A DNA stretch of 32,000 nucleotides from Candidatus Nitrosopumilus koreensis AR1 (GCF_000299365.1 NC_018655.1:210001-242000), one strand, 5' to 3'; shown: positions 1 through 10,576, counted from the stretch's first letter. Numbers and translations are program-made. Notes: a model not told the origin generated them from the sequence alone.

Positions 1-269
1 TTCAAGGTACTATTACAAGAAAGATGGCGCCACGCCTAAGATTAGTTTATGATCAAATGCCAGAACCAAAGTACGTAATTGCTATGGGAGCTTGTGCAAT
101 TACTGGAGGATTGTATTTTGATTCATACAATGTACTTCCAGGAATTGACGGAGTGATTCCAGTTGATGTCTATGTTCCAGGTTGCCCACCTAGACCTGAG
201 ACTCTCATACAAGGATGTATTTTGTTGCAAGAGAAAATCAAGAGAATGAAGGCTAGGAAGTTTGTATAA
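1..269 (+). CDS. nuoB: NADH-quinone oxidoreductase (complex I) subunit B, C-terminal part; 5' end outside the window
   Basis: Frame is open from base 3 ([36 protein letters not shown]) and contains [26 protein letters not shown], the typical NuoB C-terminus; followed directly by nuoC. Confidence 0.95.
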   Translation, partial: QGTITRKMAPRLRLVYDQMPEPKYVIAMGACAITGGLYFDSYNVLPGIDGVIPVDVYVPGCPPRPETLIQGCILLQEKIKRMKARKFV

Positions 270-874
270 TGAGTAGTAATCCTGAAAAACCAACAACAGA
301 GGCAAAACCTGAAGAGAAAACAACTCCTCCTAAACCGGCACCCAAACCCGCAGCAAAACCTGAAGAGAAACCAGTTGAACTTCCTGCCTTTGAAAAAGGA
401 ATTTTAGATAAACTAGTAGAAAAGTTTGGAGATAAAGTAGAAGTAGACTTTGTAAAAGAAGACCGAATTGGAATTAAAACAAGTAAAGACAATGTTCATG
501 ATGTAGCACAATTCATTCGTGATGATCTTCATTATGATCATGCAGAATCAGTTTCAGGCGTAGATTTCCCAGCAGACAATGAAATTGAAGTAGTTTACCA
601 TCTTGGTTCCTATACTGAATCATCCCTTGCAAAACAGATTCTTACATTATCGACAAGAGCTCCAAGAGAATCAAATCCAATCCCTGGACAAGATTCTACA
701 AAACTTCCAAGTCTTAGAGATGTATTTTACAGTGTAGAGTTTGGTGAACGAGAAGTTTTTGAAATGTTAGGTGTTTTCTTTGATGGTCATCCAGATAATA
801 GACGATTACTTTTGCCTGAAGATTGGGCAGACTTGCCACCACTTCGAAAGGACTTTGCAATAAAGGGTAGATAA
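269..874 (+). CDS. nuoC: Complex I subunit C with Pro/Lys/Glu-rich N-terminal extension
   Basis: REVFEMLGVFFDGHPDNRRLLLPEDW...PPLRKDF is the NuoC/30-kDa subunit signature; located between nuoB and nuoD. Confidence 0.94.
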   Translation: MSSNPEKPTTEAKPEEKTTPPKPAPKPAAKPEEKPVELPAFEKGILDKLVEKFGDKVEVDFVKEDRIGIKTSKDNVHDVAQFIRDDLHYDHAESVSGVDFPADNEIEVVYHLGSYTESSLAKQILTLSTRAPRESNPIPGQDSTKLPSLRDVFYSVEFGEREVFEMLGVFFDGHPDNRRLLLPEDWADLPPLRKDFAIKGR

Positions 875-876
875 CA

Positions 877-2013
877 ATGACTGACATAATGCCACCAGGA
901 TTAGCACTAAAGAAAGTAGATGAGAGAATCATGACTCTCAATGTTGGGCCACAACACCCAGGTTCTGGCCACATGAGAATTGTTGTTCAAATTGATGGTG
1001 ATTATATCGTTGCATGTGATCCAGATCCAGGATATGTGCATCGTGGAGAAGAGAAGATGGCTGAATATAGAAATTACATTACAAATGTTCCTCACTTAGA
1101 GAGACCTGTAATTCATGATTCATGTAATATTCTTTATCCTTATGTTTTAGGAGCTGAAGAAATACTTGGAATTGAAGTTCCAGAACGTGCAAAATACGTT
1201 AGAGTGATTTGTTCAGAACTAAACCGTTGTATCTATACCATGTACTGGCTTGCAATTTATGGAATTTTCTTAGGACATTCTACAATGTTCATGTGGCCTG
1301 CAGGTGACAGAGAACTCTTGATTGATCTTATGGAGAAAGTATCTGGTGCTAGAGTAACTCATGCACATTTCATTCCAGGTGGAGTGAGAAATGATTTGCC
1401 TGCAAACTTTGAAGATGTTTGTTTACGTCAAGTAAATTATTTTGAAAAACGTATCAAGGAATACGCTGCAGTGTTTTATGATAACCCTATTTTGATTTCC
1501 AGAACTAGGGACACTGGTGTATTATCACGTGAGAATGCTATTAGATATGGAACAACTGGTTCTGTACTTAGAGCAAGTGGTGTTGATTATGATCTAAGAG
1601 TAAAGGCACCTTATGATGTCTATGATGAATTAGACGTTCATACCAATGTGATGAAAGAAGGAGATTCTTATGCAAGATCTAAAGTTCCATGGCTTGATAT
1701 GATTGAAAGTTGTAATATTATTAGACAGGCATTACAAAAAATGCCAAAGTCTGGCTCTGTTCGTGCAAAACTAAAACCAAATCCCAAGACAAAAGGTCCT
1801 GCAACTGTCTACAAACGAGTGGAATCTGGTAGAGGTTCTCTTGGTTGTTATATTGTATCTGATGGTAAGCCTGAACCCTACAGAGTAAAAATGAGTGTTC
1901 CTTCATTTAGAAACTTACTTGCATTACCTAATCTTTTGATTGGAGAAAAACTAGGTAACATGCCATCTGTTTATTGGAGTCTTAATTATTGGCCAGTGGA
2001 GGCAGATAGGTAA
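877..2013 (+). CDS. nuoD: Complex I subunit D (49-kDa, Ni-Fe hydrogenase large-subunit-like)
   Basis: NVGPQHPGSGHMRIVVQIDGD, HRGEEKMAE, SRTRDTGVLSRENAIRYGTTG, and the C-terminus YWPVEADR. Confidence 0.97.
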   Translation: MTDIMPPGLALKKVDERIMTLNVGPQHPGSGHMRIVVQIDGDYIVACDPDPGYVHRGEEKMAEYRNYITNVPHLERPVIHDSCNILYPYVLGAEEILGIEVPERAKYVRVICSELNRCIYTMYWLAIYGIFLGHSTMFMWPAGDRELLIDLMEKVSGARVTHAHFIPGGVRNDLPANFEDVCLRQVNYFEKRIKEYAAVFYDNPILISRTRDTGVLSRENAIRYGTTGSVLRASGVDYDLRVKAPYDVYDELDVHTNVMKEGDSYARSKVPWLDMIESCNIIRQALQKMPKSGSVRAKLKPNPKTKGPATVYKRVESGRGSLGCYIVSDGKPEPYRVKMSVPSFRNLLALPNLLIGEKLGNMPSVYWSLNYWPVEADR

Positions 2014-3312
2014 ATGTCTGCTATAGCACCAAAATTCAAACTAAGTGAATTTATCAAATCTCTACTTGATAATCTATTTTGGATAGTCCTAATTTTTTCA
2101 CTAGTTGGTCTCCCTGCAGCATTTATTGTGTTATTCTTTATTGAAATGCCTGTAATTAATGGTGAATTACTTACACCATTCCTTGCATTAACATGGATAG
2201 CTGATCCATCACGTACCCTTCCAATTGTAAAAGCATTCATGGCAACTGACATGTTTAGAGTTATGGCATTTCCTGGATTTGGATTTGCTGCATTGATAGC
2301 TGCTGGAACAATTTTTGTTGAAAGAAAGATGCTTGCAAAATTACAATTAAGAGTAGGTCCTTTCTACTGTGGAAAAATTGAAGGTATTTTACAATTAATG
2401 GGCGATGGTCTAAAACTAATTTCTAAAGAGATTATTATTCCTGCAAAAGCTGACAAACCGATATTTTGGGCTGCTCCTGTAATCTTTGTTGCAACCGCTG
2501 CTGCGTTTGTAGCATTAATTCCTGTAGCCCCTGGATGGGTAGTTGCAGATGTGGACTTGGGATTACTCGGAGTTTTTGCAGTAATTGGATTTTTCCCAAT
2601 CATAACAATTCTTTCAGCATGGTCTGCAAACAGTAAATTCCCATTCATTGGAGGAATCAGAGCTTTATTCCAAATGGTTTCCTTTGAAATTCCATTAATC
2701 CTATCTTTGTTAGGAGTTGTTATTCTTACTGGAACTCTTAATTTGTCTGAAATTGCAGCAAGCCAATCTAGTTTTCCATGGATTATCTTTTTGCCAGTTG
2801 GTGCAATAGTCTTCTTTATCACAATGCTTGCAGAGTTAGAAAGAATTCCATTTGACTTACCAGAGGCAGAAAGTGAAATTGTTGCTGGTTGGTTAACGGA
2901 GTTCTCTGGAATGATGTATGGCCTAGTTCAACTAGGAACATATCTGAAACTTTACGCATTTGCAGGACTGTTTGTTGTTTTGTTCTTAGGTGGATGGAAT
3001 GGCCCAATGGTTGTTCCTCCATTCCCAGAAGAAATTCTTACTGATGGAATTGTACTGGGCCCAATCACTGCCAACATTCCAGGATTACCTCTATTTGATC
3101 AAGCAATGTTAAATGGAACTCTTTGGTTTGTTCTAAAAACAGTTGGTGTGATTTTCTTTATATTGTTGCCCAGAGGTGTCTTCCCAAGAATTAGAATTGA
3201 CATGTTGTTGAGTCTTGGTTGGACCAAATTGATTGGACTTGCATTCGTTAACATCTTTATTGCACTAGGCTTGCTTTACGCTGGAGTCTTGGGACCTGGA
3301 GGATTACAATAA
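2014..3312 (+). CDS. nuoH: Complex I subunit H (membrane)
   Basis: RVGPFYCGKIEGILQLMGDGLKLISKE and AELERIPFDLPEAESEIVAGWLTEFSGMMYG, diagnostic NuoH motifs. Confidence 0.97.
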   Translation: MSAIAPKFKLSEFIKSLLDNLFWIVLIFSLVGLPAAFIVLFFIEMPVINGELLTPFLALTWIADPSRTLPIVKAFMATDMFRVMAFPGFGFAALIAAGTIFVERKMLAKLQLRVGPFYCGKIEGILQLMGDGLKLISKEIIIPAKADKPIFWAAPVIFVATAAAFVALIPVAPGWVVADVDLGLLGVFAVIGFFPIITILSAWSANSKFPFIGGIRALFQMVSFEIPLILSLLGVVILTGTLNLSEIAASQSSFPWIIFLPVGAIVFFITMLAELERIPFDLPEAESEIVAGWLTEFSGMMYGLVQLGTYLKLYAFAGLFVVLFLGGWNGPMVVPPFPEEILTDGIVLGPITANIPGLPLFDQAMLNGTLWFVLKTVGVIFFILLPRGVFPRIRIDMLLSLGWTKLIGLAFVNIFIALGLLYAGVLGPGGLQ

Positions 3313-3809
3313 TGGGAACTGCAACTGGAATTATCCGTGCATTAAATTCAGGAATAAAACACATCGCAATCAAACGATTTACACTTCGTTATCCTGAAGA
3401 GAAACTAAAGTTTGTAGGTGATGGTTATCAATTTGATCCTTCTACTGGTGTTGGTATTGCTGGACTAAAAGGTAGACATATGCTATTTCACGATCACTGT
3501 ACTGGATGTCAATTATGCTCAATTGCATGTGAGGGTGTTGCTGAAGCAATTGCAATGGTAAAAGTTCCTGAAGAACAAAAACAAAATAAAAAATCAATCA
3601 TGCCGCAAATTGATTATGGAAAATGTGTTTTCTGTGGTCTTTGTGTTGATGCATGTCCATTTTATGCATTATACATGACAAATGATTATGAATTATCTTC
3701 ATTCACTAAGGAGGGATTAATCTATACTCCTGCACAACTTGCAGTCAAACCCTATATTACACAAGACAGTGAAATCCAAATTACTGATAGAGGTGCAACA
3801 CATGGCTGA
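3312..3809 (+). CDS. nuoI: Complex I subunit I, 2x[4Fe-4S] ferredoxin-like
   Basis: Two cysteine clusters: CTGCQLCSIACEG and CVFCGLCVDACPF; RYPEEKLKFVGDGYQF; operon position. Confidence 0.95.
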   Translation: MGTATGIIRALNSGIKHIAIKRFTLRYPEEKLKFVGDGYQFDPSTGVGIAGLKGRHMLFHDHCTGCQLCSIACEGVAEAIAMVKVPEEQKQNKKSIMPQIDYGKCVFCGLCVDACPFYALYMTNDYELSSFTKEGLIYTPAQLAVKPYITQDSEIQITDRGATHG

Positions 3810-4314
3810 TGCTGCATTTTTAGCACTTACTGTAATCACAATTGGTTCTGCAATTGCAGCCCTTGAATTAAGATCATTAATTTATGGTTCCATCGCATTG
3901 ATGGGAACACTTGGTGGTATTGCAGGATTCTTCTTTTTGTTAGATGCTCCATTTGTTGCATTATTCCAACTGGCAGTTTATGTTGGTTCTATTGCTGTCC
4001 TGATTTTATTTACTGTTATGCTGGTAAAAAGAGAACTCATATTCAAAAAAATTGAAGACAAAAGAAGAAAGTTTGCAGGAATTGGTTTGATGCTTGTAGT
4101 TATGGTTTCATTAGGTGCAGTTTTTCTAGATTCAGGAATTAAAACAATCACAACTGATGAACCTGCTGTTGATTTTAGAAATATTGGTACAGACTTTGTA
4201 ACATATTATTGGCCAGCATTAATTTTGATGGGATTAATTTTAGCTGGTTCTGTTACTGGTGCACTTGTATTAGCAAAACGAGAGGATGTGGAGAATGGCC
4301 AACGAACTAGTTGA
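3802..4314 (+). CDS. nuoJ: Complex I subunit J
   Basis: Hydrophobic NuoJ-like protein (QLAVYVGSIAVLILFTVMLVKRE). ATG at 3802 overlaps the nuoI stop; the track start at 3739 is probably too far upstream. Confidence 0.92.
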   Translation: MADAAFLALTVITIGSAIAALELRSLIYGSIALMGTLGGIAGFFFLLDAPFVALFQLAVYVGSIAVLILFTVMLVKRELIFKKIEDKRRKFAGIGLMLVVMVSLGAVFLDSGIKTITTDEPAVDFRNIGTDFVTYYWPALILMGLILAGSVTGALVLAKREDVENGQRTS

Positions 4315-4600
4315 TTTTACATTAGTATCTGTTGCCTTGTTGGGGATAGGCATCTATGGTCTTGCAGTTAAGCGCAATTTTATCAGAATGTTGTTTGCAG
4401 TTGAAATTATCATTAATGCTGCTAACCTTAATTTGGTTGCATTTGGTAGATTCTTGCCTCATAGCGGTGGCCAAACATTAGCATTATTCTCTATTGCAAT
4501 TGCAGCTGCTGAAGTAGCAGTTGGATTGTCATTAATTATTGTGGCATATCGTATGTATCAAAATGTCGATATTGCAGACTTTAGGAGTTTGAAGGGATAA
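4295..4600 (+). CDS. nuoK: Complex I subunit K
   Basis: MLFAVEIIINAANLNLVAFG...AIAAAEVAVGLSLIIVAYR is typical NuoK. Start preferred at 4295 (MANELV) rather than 4286. Confidence 0.94.
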   Translation: MANELVDFTLVSVALLGIGIYGLAVKRNFIRMLFAVEIIINAANLNLVAFGRFLPHSGGQTLALFSIAIAAAEVAVGLSLIIVAYRMYQNVDIADFRSLKG

Positions 4601-6153
4601 TGGAATATGCATTATTACAGGCAGTTTTCTTGCCATTACTGTTATCTCCAATAGCCTACATCCTAGGACGAAAGGTAGGCCCCACACCTGCTATGTGGTT
4701 TACATTTGGACTTTTACTTTATACCACAATTCTTGTAATCAATGCAGCATTATCTGGAACTGTAGAAGAACATTATCCATGGACAGAACAATTTGGTGAG
4801 TTTGGTTTCTTACTTGATGGTTTGGCATCACCATTTGCAATAATCATCTATGTACTATCAACAATCTTGGTGCTGTATTCAAAACCATACATGATTCACA
4901 AATTCCATGAACAATTTGAAGAAGAACAAAAAATCAACCCTTCTTCAAGTGGACAAAGTTCTATTGTTGAATCATCTTCTCTATCAAACTATGTAAATGC
5001 AAAATCTGGTCTTTACTTTGCACTTTATCTTGTATTTGCAATGGGAATGCTTGGAACAGTCCTTTCAACAAATCTGATAGAATTTTACATATTCTTTGAA
5101 GTTATGTTAATCCCTGGTTTCTTTTTAGTTGCACTCTGGGGTGATGGTCCAAGAAGAAAGATTGGTTTGATGTTCTTGTTTTGGACTCATGCTGGTGCAG
5201 TAGTGCTGTTATTGGGATTTTTGATGATAGGTTTGACTATTGGTAGTTTTGACTTTGCTGATATCAAAGAATCTGAAATTCCTCAAGATATTGTAATGAT
5301 TTCTGCAATTGCAATTGCAATAGGCCTTGGTGTCAAACTAGCAGTCTTTATGTTCCATGTTTGGCTACCCTATGTCCACGGTTCTGCACCTACTCCAATT
5401 AGTGCATTGCTGTCTCCTGCAATGATTGGAATTGGTGCATATGGTGTCTTTAGATTAATTGTTGAATTCTTACCTTCTACATTTGCCGAACTTTCAATTT
5501 GGTTCCACATTTGGGGACTTGTTACAATGATTTATGGTGGCGCTATGGCACTCATGCAAGATGACCTAAAACGTCTTCTTGCTTATTCTAGTATCAGCCA
5601 AATGGGTTATCTTTTGTTTGGTATTGGCTCGCTTTCTGTTCTTGGTCTATCTGGTGCAGAAATGATGTATGTAACTCACGGAATAGGAAAAGGTATTCTC
5701 TTCATGATGGCTGGTGTGATTATAGTTAAAGTTGGAACTCGAAGCATTTCAAAACTTGGTGGTTTAGCAGGAAAGATGCCAATAACTGCAACATGTGCAG
5801 TCATTGGAGCTTTAACTATCATGGGTGTTCCGCCAACTAGTGGATTTATGGGGGAATGGATTCTATTTTATGGTGCTTTAGAAACTGCAATTGAAGAAGG
5901 TTCAACATTAAGAGCTGTTACTTTTGGTTTGGGACTTGTTGCAACTGCACTTACAATGTCTTACATGCTTTGGATGCTAAAACGTGTGTTCTTTGGAAAA
6001 ACACCTGAACATCTTGAGAAAGTCAAAGAAGGTAGTTGGTATATGACCGCACCTATGATGCTTCTTGCAGGATTTTCAATCGTTGTTGGAATTTATCCAG
6101 ATATTTTCTTGAAGACAATCATACCTTTCATGAATGGAGTGTTAGGAGTATAG
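4600..6153 (+). CDS. nuoM: Complex I subunit M (proton-pumping antiporter-like)
   Basis: WLPYVHGSAPTPISALLSPAMIGIGAYGVFR, KRLLAYSSISQMGYLLFG, LPPTSGFMGE-like segment (VPPTSGFMGEW). Confidence 0.93.
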   Translation: MEYALLQAVFLPLLLSPIAYILGRKVGPTPAMWFTFGLLLYTTILVINAALSGTVEEHYPWTEQFGEFGFLLDGLASPFAIIIYVLSTILVLYSKPYMIHKFHEQFEEEQKINPSSSGQSSIVESSSLSNYVNAKSGLYFALYLVFAMGMLGTVLSTNLIEFYIFFEVMLIPGFFLVALWGDGPRRKIGLMFLFWTHAGAVVLLLGFLMIGLTIGSFDFADIKESEIPQDIVMISAIAIAIGLGVKLAVFMFHVWLPYVHGSAPTPISALLSPAMIGIGAYGVFRLIVEFLPSTFAELSIWFHIWGLVTMIYGGAMALMQDDLKRLLAYSSISQMGYLLFGIGSLSVLGLSGAEMMYVTHGIGKGILFMMAGVIIVKVGTRSISKLGGLAGKMPITATCAVIGALTIMGVPPTSGFMGEWILFYGALETAIEEGSTLRAVTFGLGLVATALTMSYMLWMLKRVFFGKTPEHLEKVKEGSWYMTAPMMLLAGFSIVVGIYPDIFLKTIIPFMNGVLGV

Positions 6154-6156
6154 AAT

Positions 6157-8238
6157 ATGGCAACTGAGGCAATTGGTATCCCATTTGAAGCAAGTTCTCT
6201 TAGTGCATGGCTTGTTTGGATTCTCCCATTTGCAGCTGCACTAATCATGCCAGGAATTGGAAAATTATCCAAGAACGCTACTGGCTATGTTGCAGTTGGC
6301 TTTGCATTGATGAGTGCTCTGTCTGCAGCTTCACTCTTACCAATGGCATTGGAAGGACATGAAATTCATAAACAGATTATGTGGATTGAAGCTATTGGTC
6401 TGAAAGGTGGTGTATTAGCTGATCCACTTTCAGTAATTATGGCAAATGTAGTTGGTTGGATTTCATTCTTGATTATGATTTACAGTACTGGTTACATGAA
6501 AGGGGATAAAGATATTACAAGATTCTGGTTCTGGATGATGTTCTTTATTGGTTCAATGCAATTAATTGTATTATCTGATAACTTACTCCAAGTCTTCTTT
6601 GGATGGGAAGGAGTAGGACTTGCGTCATATGCACTGATTAGCTTTTGGTATCGTGATAAAAAGAAAGATCATGTTGGTCAAGAAGGACGTACCGTTCTTG
6701 GTTTGTTAGATTATTATGCTCCAACACATGCTGGTATGAAGGCATTCATCATGACCAAAGTTGGTGATGTGATGATGATTGCTGGTATGCTTTTGATATT
6801 CTTGTTTGCTGGAACCTTTGGTTTCAAAGAACTCATGGGAGATCATGAATGGGCTATTGCTATGAATGCTCAAGGTCTTTTGGTTCCTGCTTTTGTGCTG
6901 TTATTTGGTGGTGCTGTGGGTAAATCAGCACAATTCCCATTAAATGAATGGCTACTTGAAGCAATGACTGGCCCTACTGCTGTTTCTGCATTAATTCACG
7001 CAGCAACAATGGTTAAGGCTGGTGTATTCTTGGTTGCAAGAATAGGACCAATTGTTTTTGCATTAGGTGCTGCAGGAATTATGGCAGATCAATTCTTTGA
7101 GATTGTTGCATGGGTTGGTGCAATAACTGCATTATTACTTGCAACACAAGGAATGGTTAATCCAGAAATTAAAAAAGTCCTTGCATATTCAACTGGTTCA
7201 CAGATTGGTTACATGATGATGGCATTAGGTGTTGCAGGATTATCTCATCAATATGTTGATGGTTATACTGCAGGCTTTTTCCACTTAATTTCTCACGCAA
7301 TGTTTAAAGCATCATTATTCATGGCAGCAGGTTCCTTGCTGCATATTGTTGGTTCTCGATTCATGACAGATATGGGTGGTCTGAGAAAACACATGAAAAA
7401 GACATATGCATTCATGTGGGCTGCAGGTCTTGGTTTAATGGGTGCGCCATTTATCACAACAGGCTTCTGGAGTAAGGATGCAATATTTGCGGCAGTTTAT
7501 ACATCTGGAAACGAATGGGCATTACCACTATATGCAATTGCAGTATTGACTGCAATAATTACAGCATTCTATACTACAAGAATGATTGGAATGGTCTTCT
7601 TTGGAAACAAGAGCAAACATATCCAAAAGATGGAAGAAGAAGGACATCATATCCATGAAGCCTCATTATCCATGTGGGTCCCATATGGAATTTTAGCAGT
7701 ACTCACAATAGGAATTGGTCTTATTGGATTATCCACTGAAGAAGGACTACATCACTTGTTTACTGATTATCTTGAACACTCATTTGGTATTCACACTGAA
7801 CATGCTGCATCAGAAGCATCATCAATACTGCCTGAATTCTTACAAGGATTAAACCCAGTTGCACTAGGTTCATCACTTGCAGCATTTTCAATTGGTATTG
7901 GATTAGGATACATATTCTATATTGGTAGATGGGTTGATCCTGTCAAATTTGTTAACTCTAACATTTTCTTTTACGCAATTCACAAAGTCATCTTAAGTAG
8001 ATGGTATCTTAACGCAATAGTCTATTGGTGTTTTGTTGTAGCACCATTATGGTTAGCAAGAGGTGTATACAGATACTTTGAAAAGACAGCTATCGATTAT
8101 GGTATGAACGATGGATTCCAAAAAGCAGTTGGATGGAGTGCTAAAGTCGTCCAAGGAACTCAAACTGGTGTTTCACAATCATACTTATTCGTATTTGGAG
8201 CGGGATTACTGTTCGTAGTTCTGATATTGTTGATGTAG
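6157..8238 (+). CDS. nuoL: Complex I subunit L
   Basis: GWEGVGLASYALISFWY, EWLLEAMTGPTAVSALIHAATMVKAGVFLV, long C-terminal extension. Confidence 0.95.
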   Translation: MATEAIGIPFEASSLSAWLVWILPFAAALIMPGIGKLSKNATGYVAVGFALMSALSAASLLPMALEGHEIHKQIMWIEAIGLKGGVLADPLSVIMANVVGWISFLIMIYSTGYMKGDKDITRFWFWMMFFIGSMQLIVLSDNLLQVFFGWEGVGLASYALISFWYRDKKKDHVGQEGRTVLGLLDYYAPTHAGMKAFIMTKVGDVMMIAGMLLIFLFAGTFGFKELMGDHEWAIAMNAQGLLVPAFVLLFGGAVGKSAQFPLNEWLLEAMTGPTAVSALIHAATMVKAGVFLVARIGPIVFALGAAGIMADQFFEIVAWVGAITALLLATQGMVNPEIKKVLAYSTGSQIGYMMMALGVAGLSHQYVDGYTAGFFHLISHAMFKASLFMAAGSLLHIVGSRFMTDMGGLRKHMKKTYAFMWAAGLGLMGAPFITTGFWSKDAIFAAVYTSGNEWALPLYAIAVLTAIITAFYTTRMIGMVFFGNKSKHIQKMEEEGHHIHEASLSMWVPYGILAVLTIGIGLIGLSTEEGLHHLFTDYLEHSFGIHTEHAASEASSILPEFLQGLNPVALGSSLAAFSIGIGLGYIFYIGRWVDPVKFVNSNIFFYAIHKVILSRWYLNAIVYWCFVVAPLWLARGVYRYFEKTAIDYGMNDGFQKAVGWSAKVVQGTQTGVSQSYLFVFGAGLLFVVLILLM

Positions 8239-8250
8239 GAGAGATATGAG

Positions 8251-9735
8251 ATGTTAGAAATTACTTCCACTCCATTGGTATTAATTGCAATTTTGGGAAC
8301 TGTTGGTGTTATTCTCCCAATAATCAGTATTGCAAGAAAAGAAAAAGGCTCTAACTCATTTTATGCTGTCATTGCATTTGCAGCATTAATCGTATCTATG
8401 GCATACGTTGGATATGAATTCATTAACAATAATGTAGCAGCATCTGCTCTTTTCTCTGAGGATGTAGTTGCTGATGATGCATTTGGTGGATTCTTTGCAA
8501 TTGCAATGCTTATTGTTGCTTTGTTCACTACCGTTGGCTCCTTTAATTATATGAGAAAACATAATTCACCTGCTGTTTACTATTCACTAATCTTACTTGC
8601 AACAATTGGTATGATTCTAGTTGCATATTCTACTGATTTGATAATGTTGTTTGTTGCATGGGAACTCATGAGTATCCCAACTTACATCTTGGTTGGGTTC
8701 ATGAAAAAGAATCCAAGTTCAAATGAAGCAGCACTAAAATATTTCTTGTTTGGAGCATTATCTTCAGCCATAATTGTTTACGGAATTGCATTATCTTATG
8801 GCTTAACTGGTTCAACAAACATTGGAGAAGTCATTGAAGGTTATTCGACACTTGATCCTTCATTATTGCCACTTGCATTACTTTCAGTTGGAATGTTTAT
8901 TGCAGGATTTGGATTCAAGATGGGACTTGTTCCTTTCCATCAATGGCTTCCAGATACTTACGAAGGTGCCCCTTCACCAATAACTGCTCTTCTTGCAGCG
9001 GCAACCAAAAAAGCAGGATTTGCTGCAACTATTAGAATTGTAGTTCTTGGAATGGTTGTTCTTAATCTTGATTGGACTTTAGCTCTTGGTATTATTGCAA
9101 TAATGACGATGACTATTGGTAATGTTGCAGCTATAATGCAAAAGAGTCTTTCAAGAATGTTGGCATATTCTAGTATTGCACATGCTGGATACATTTTGAT
9201 TGGATTGGCAGTTGCACCATACAGTTCTCTTGGTTTACAAGGTTCTTTGTATCAAATCTTCAATCACGCCGTGATGAAAGGTGCTGCCTTTATTGCAATT
9301 GCAGGAATTGTGACAACTCTTGCTGTTACTCATATTGACAAACTGAAAGGTCTTGGAAGAAGAATGCCAATTACTGCTTTAGGCATGGTTATCTCATTAT
9401 TTGCTCTTGCTGGCGTGCCTCCACTTTCAGGATTTTGGAGTAAATTGATGTTATTTGGAAGTGCATTAGATGCTAGTTCTGCATTATGGTGGGCTCCATG
9501 GCTTGCAATAGCAGGAGTTCTTAACAGTGCATTATCACTTGCTTACTATGGTTGGATAACTAGAAAGATGTACTTTGAAGGAGAAACAGAAAAGAGAGTT
9601 TCAGAACCAAAATCAATTGTAGCAGTAATGATATTCTCAATCATCTTCTTAGTTGGATTTGGTGTATATCCAGAACCACTTCTTAAATTCGTAGAATTTG
9701 CAACACCAATAGTTAGTTTAGGACTTATGCCTTAA
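8251..9735 (+). CDS. nuoN: Complex I subunit N
   Basis: FHQWLPDTYEGAPSPITALLAAATKKAGFAA, RMLAYSSIAHAGYILIG; last gene of the nuo run. Confidence 0.94.
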   Translation: MLEITSTPLVLIAILGTVGVILPIISIARKEKGSNSFYAVIAFAALIVSMAYVGYEFINNNVAASALFSEDVVADDAFGGFFAIAMLIVALFTTVGSFNYMRKHNSPAVYYSLILLATIGMILVAYSTDLIMLFVAWELMSIPTYILVGFMKKNPSSNEAALKYFLFGALSSAIIVYGIALSYGLTGSTNIGEVIEGYSTLDPSLLPLALLSVGMFIAGFGFKMGLVPFHQWLPDTYEGAPSPITALLAAATKKAGFAATIRIVVLGMVVLNLDWTLALGIIAIMTMTIGNVAAIMQKSLSRMLAYSSIAHAGYILIGLAVAPYSSLGLQGSLYQIFNHAVMKGAAFIAIAGIVTTLAVTHIDKLKGLGRRMPITALGMVISLFALAGVPPLSGFWSKLMLFGSALDASSALWWAPWLAIAGVLNSALSLAYYGWITRKMYFEGETEKRVSEPKSIVAVMIFSIIFLVGFGVYPEPLLKFVEFATPIVSLGLMP

Positions 9736-10576
9736 ACGAAGTAAATTTAATTAAATTATCTAAATTTATTTTTGCGTCATTATCTGGGATTTTTCTTAAA
9801 CTAGTTCTTGCTTTTTCAGAATATTCCTTTAACAACTCTTCCATTTTATTGAAAACATCCCTTGGGTCAGAACTTTTCTTAATTAACATATTAAACAATT
9901 TATCCTCATTTTTCCAATCTAACAGATCATCTCTTATTTGATAGGCAATTCCAATATTCTTTCCATATTCGGTTAACCCCTCGATTTGCTCTTCTGTTCC
10001 GTTTGCAATTATTGCACCTGTTCTAGCTGCCACTTCAAATGCTGTTGCAGTTTTGTATTCTATTACTTTGAGATAGTCATCAAATGTAACATCTTCACTT
10101 GACTCTAGTCTGCTTTCAATCATTTCTCCTTCACTCATCAGCATTGCTGTAGTTGCCAAATCTTTTGTTATGCGTGGGTTATCCAATCTAGAACATATTG
10201 CTAAAATTAACCCTAAAACAAAATCTCCTGTAAGTACACTGGTATTGTATCCGTATTTGATGTGGAATGGATCTTTTTGTCTTCTCATTGTTTCGTTATC
10301 AATAATGTCGTCATGAATTATAGATTCCATATGCAAAAATTCAACTGCACATGATGCTGCAAACGTGTTTTCATCGGTTTTACCAATACTTTCAGCCGAC
10401 AAAGTAAGAATAATTGGTCTGATTCGTTTTCCACCCTCTAAAGAATATTTCAACGGCTCTATGAATTCTGATTCTGAATACAGATCCAGCTCTTTGTCTA
10501 GTGCTTGATCAATTTTTTTGATATATTCACCATATGTTTCAAGTAAAGGATTAATCTCGATATTCTTTCTGTCCAA
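9725..10576 (-). CDS. idsA: Short-chain polyprenyl (farnesyl/geranylgeranyl) diphosphate synthase
   Basis: GGKRIRP, first Asp-rich motif HDDIIDNETMRR, second Asp-rich motif QIRDDLLDW. Product chain length cannot be read from sequence. Confidence 0.88.
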   Translation of the reverse strand: MDRKNIEINPLLETYGEYIKKIDQALDKELDLYSESEFIEPLKYSLEGGKRIRPIILTLSAESIGKTDENTFAASCAVEFLHMESIIHDDIIDNETMRRQKDPFHIKYGYNTSVLTGDFVLGLILAICSRLDNPRITKDLATTAMLMSEGEMIESRLESSEDVTFDDYLKVIEYKTATAFEVAARTGAIIANGTEEQIEGLTEYGKNIGIAYQIRDDLLDWKNEDKLFNMLIKKSSDPRDVFNKMEELLKEYSEKARTSLRKIPDNDAKINLDNLIKFTSFKA

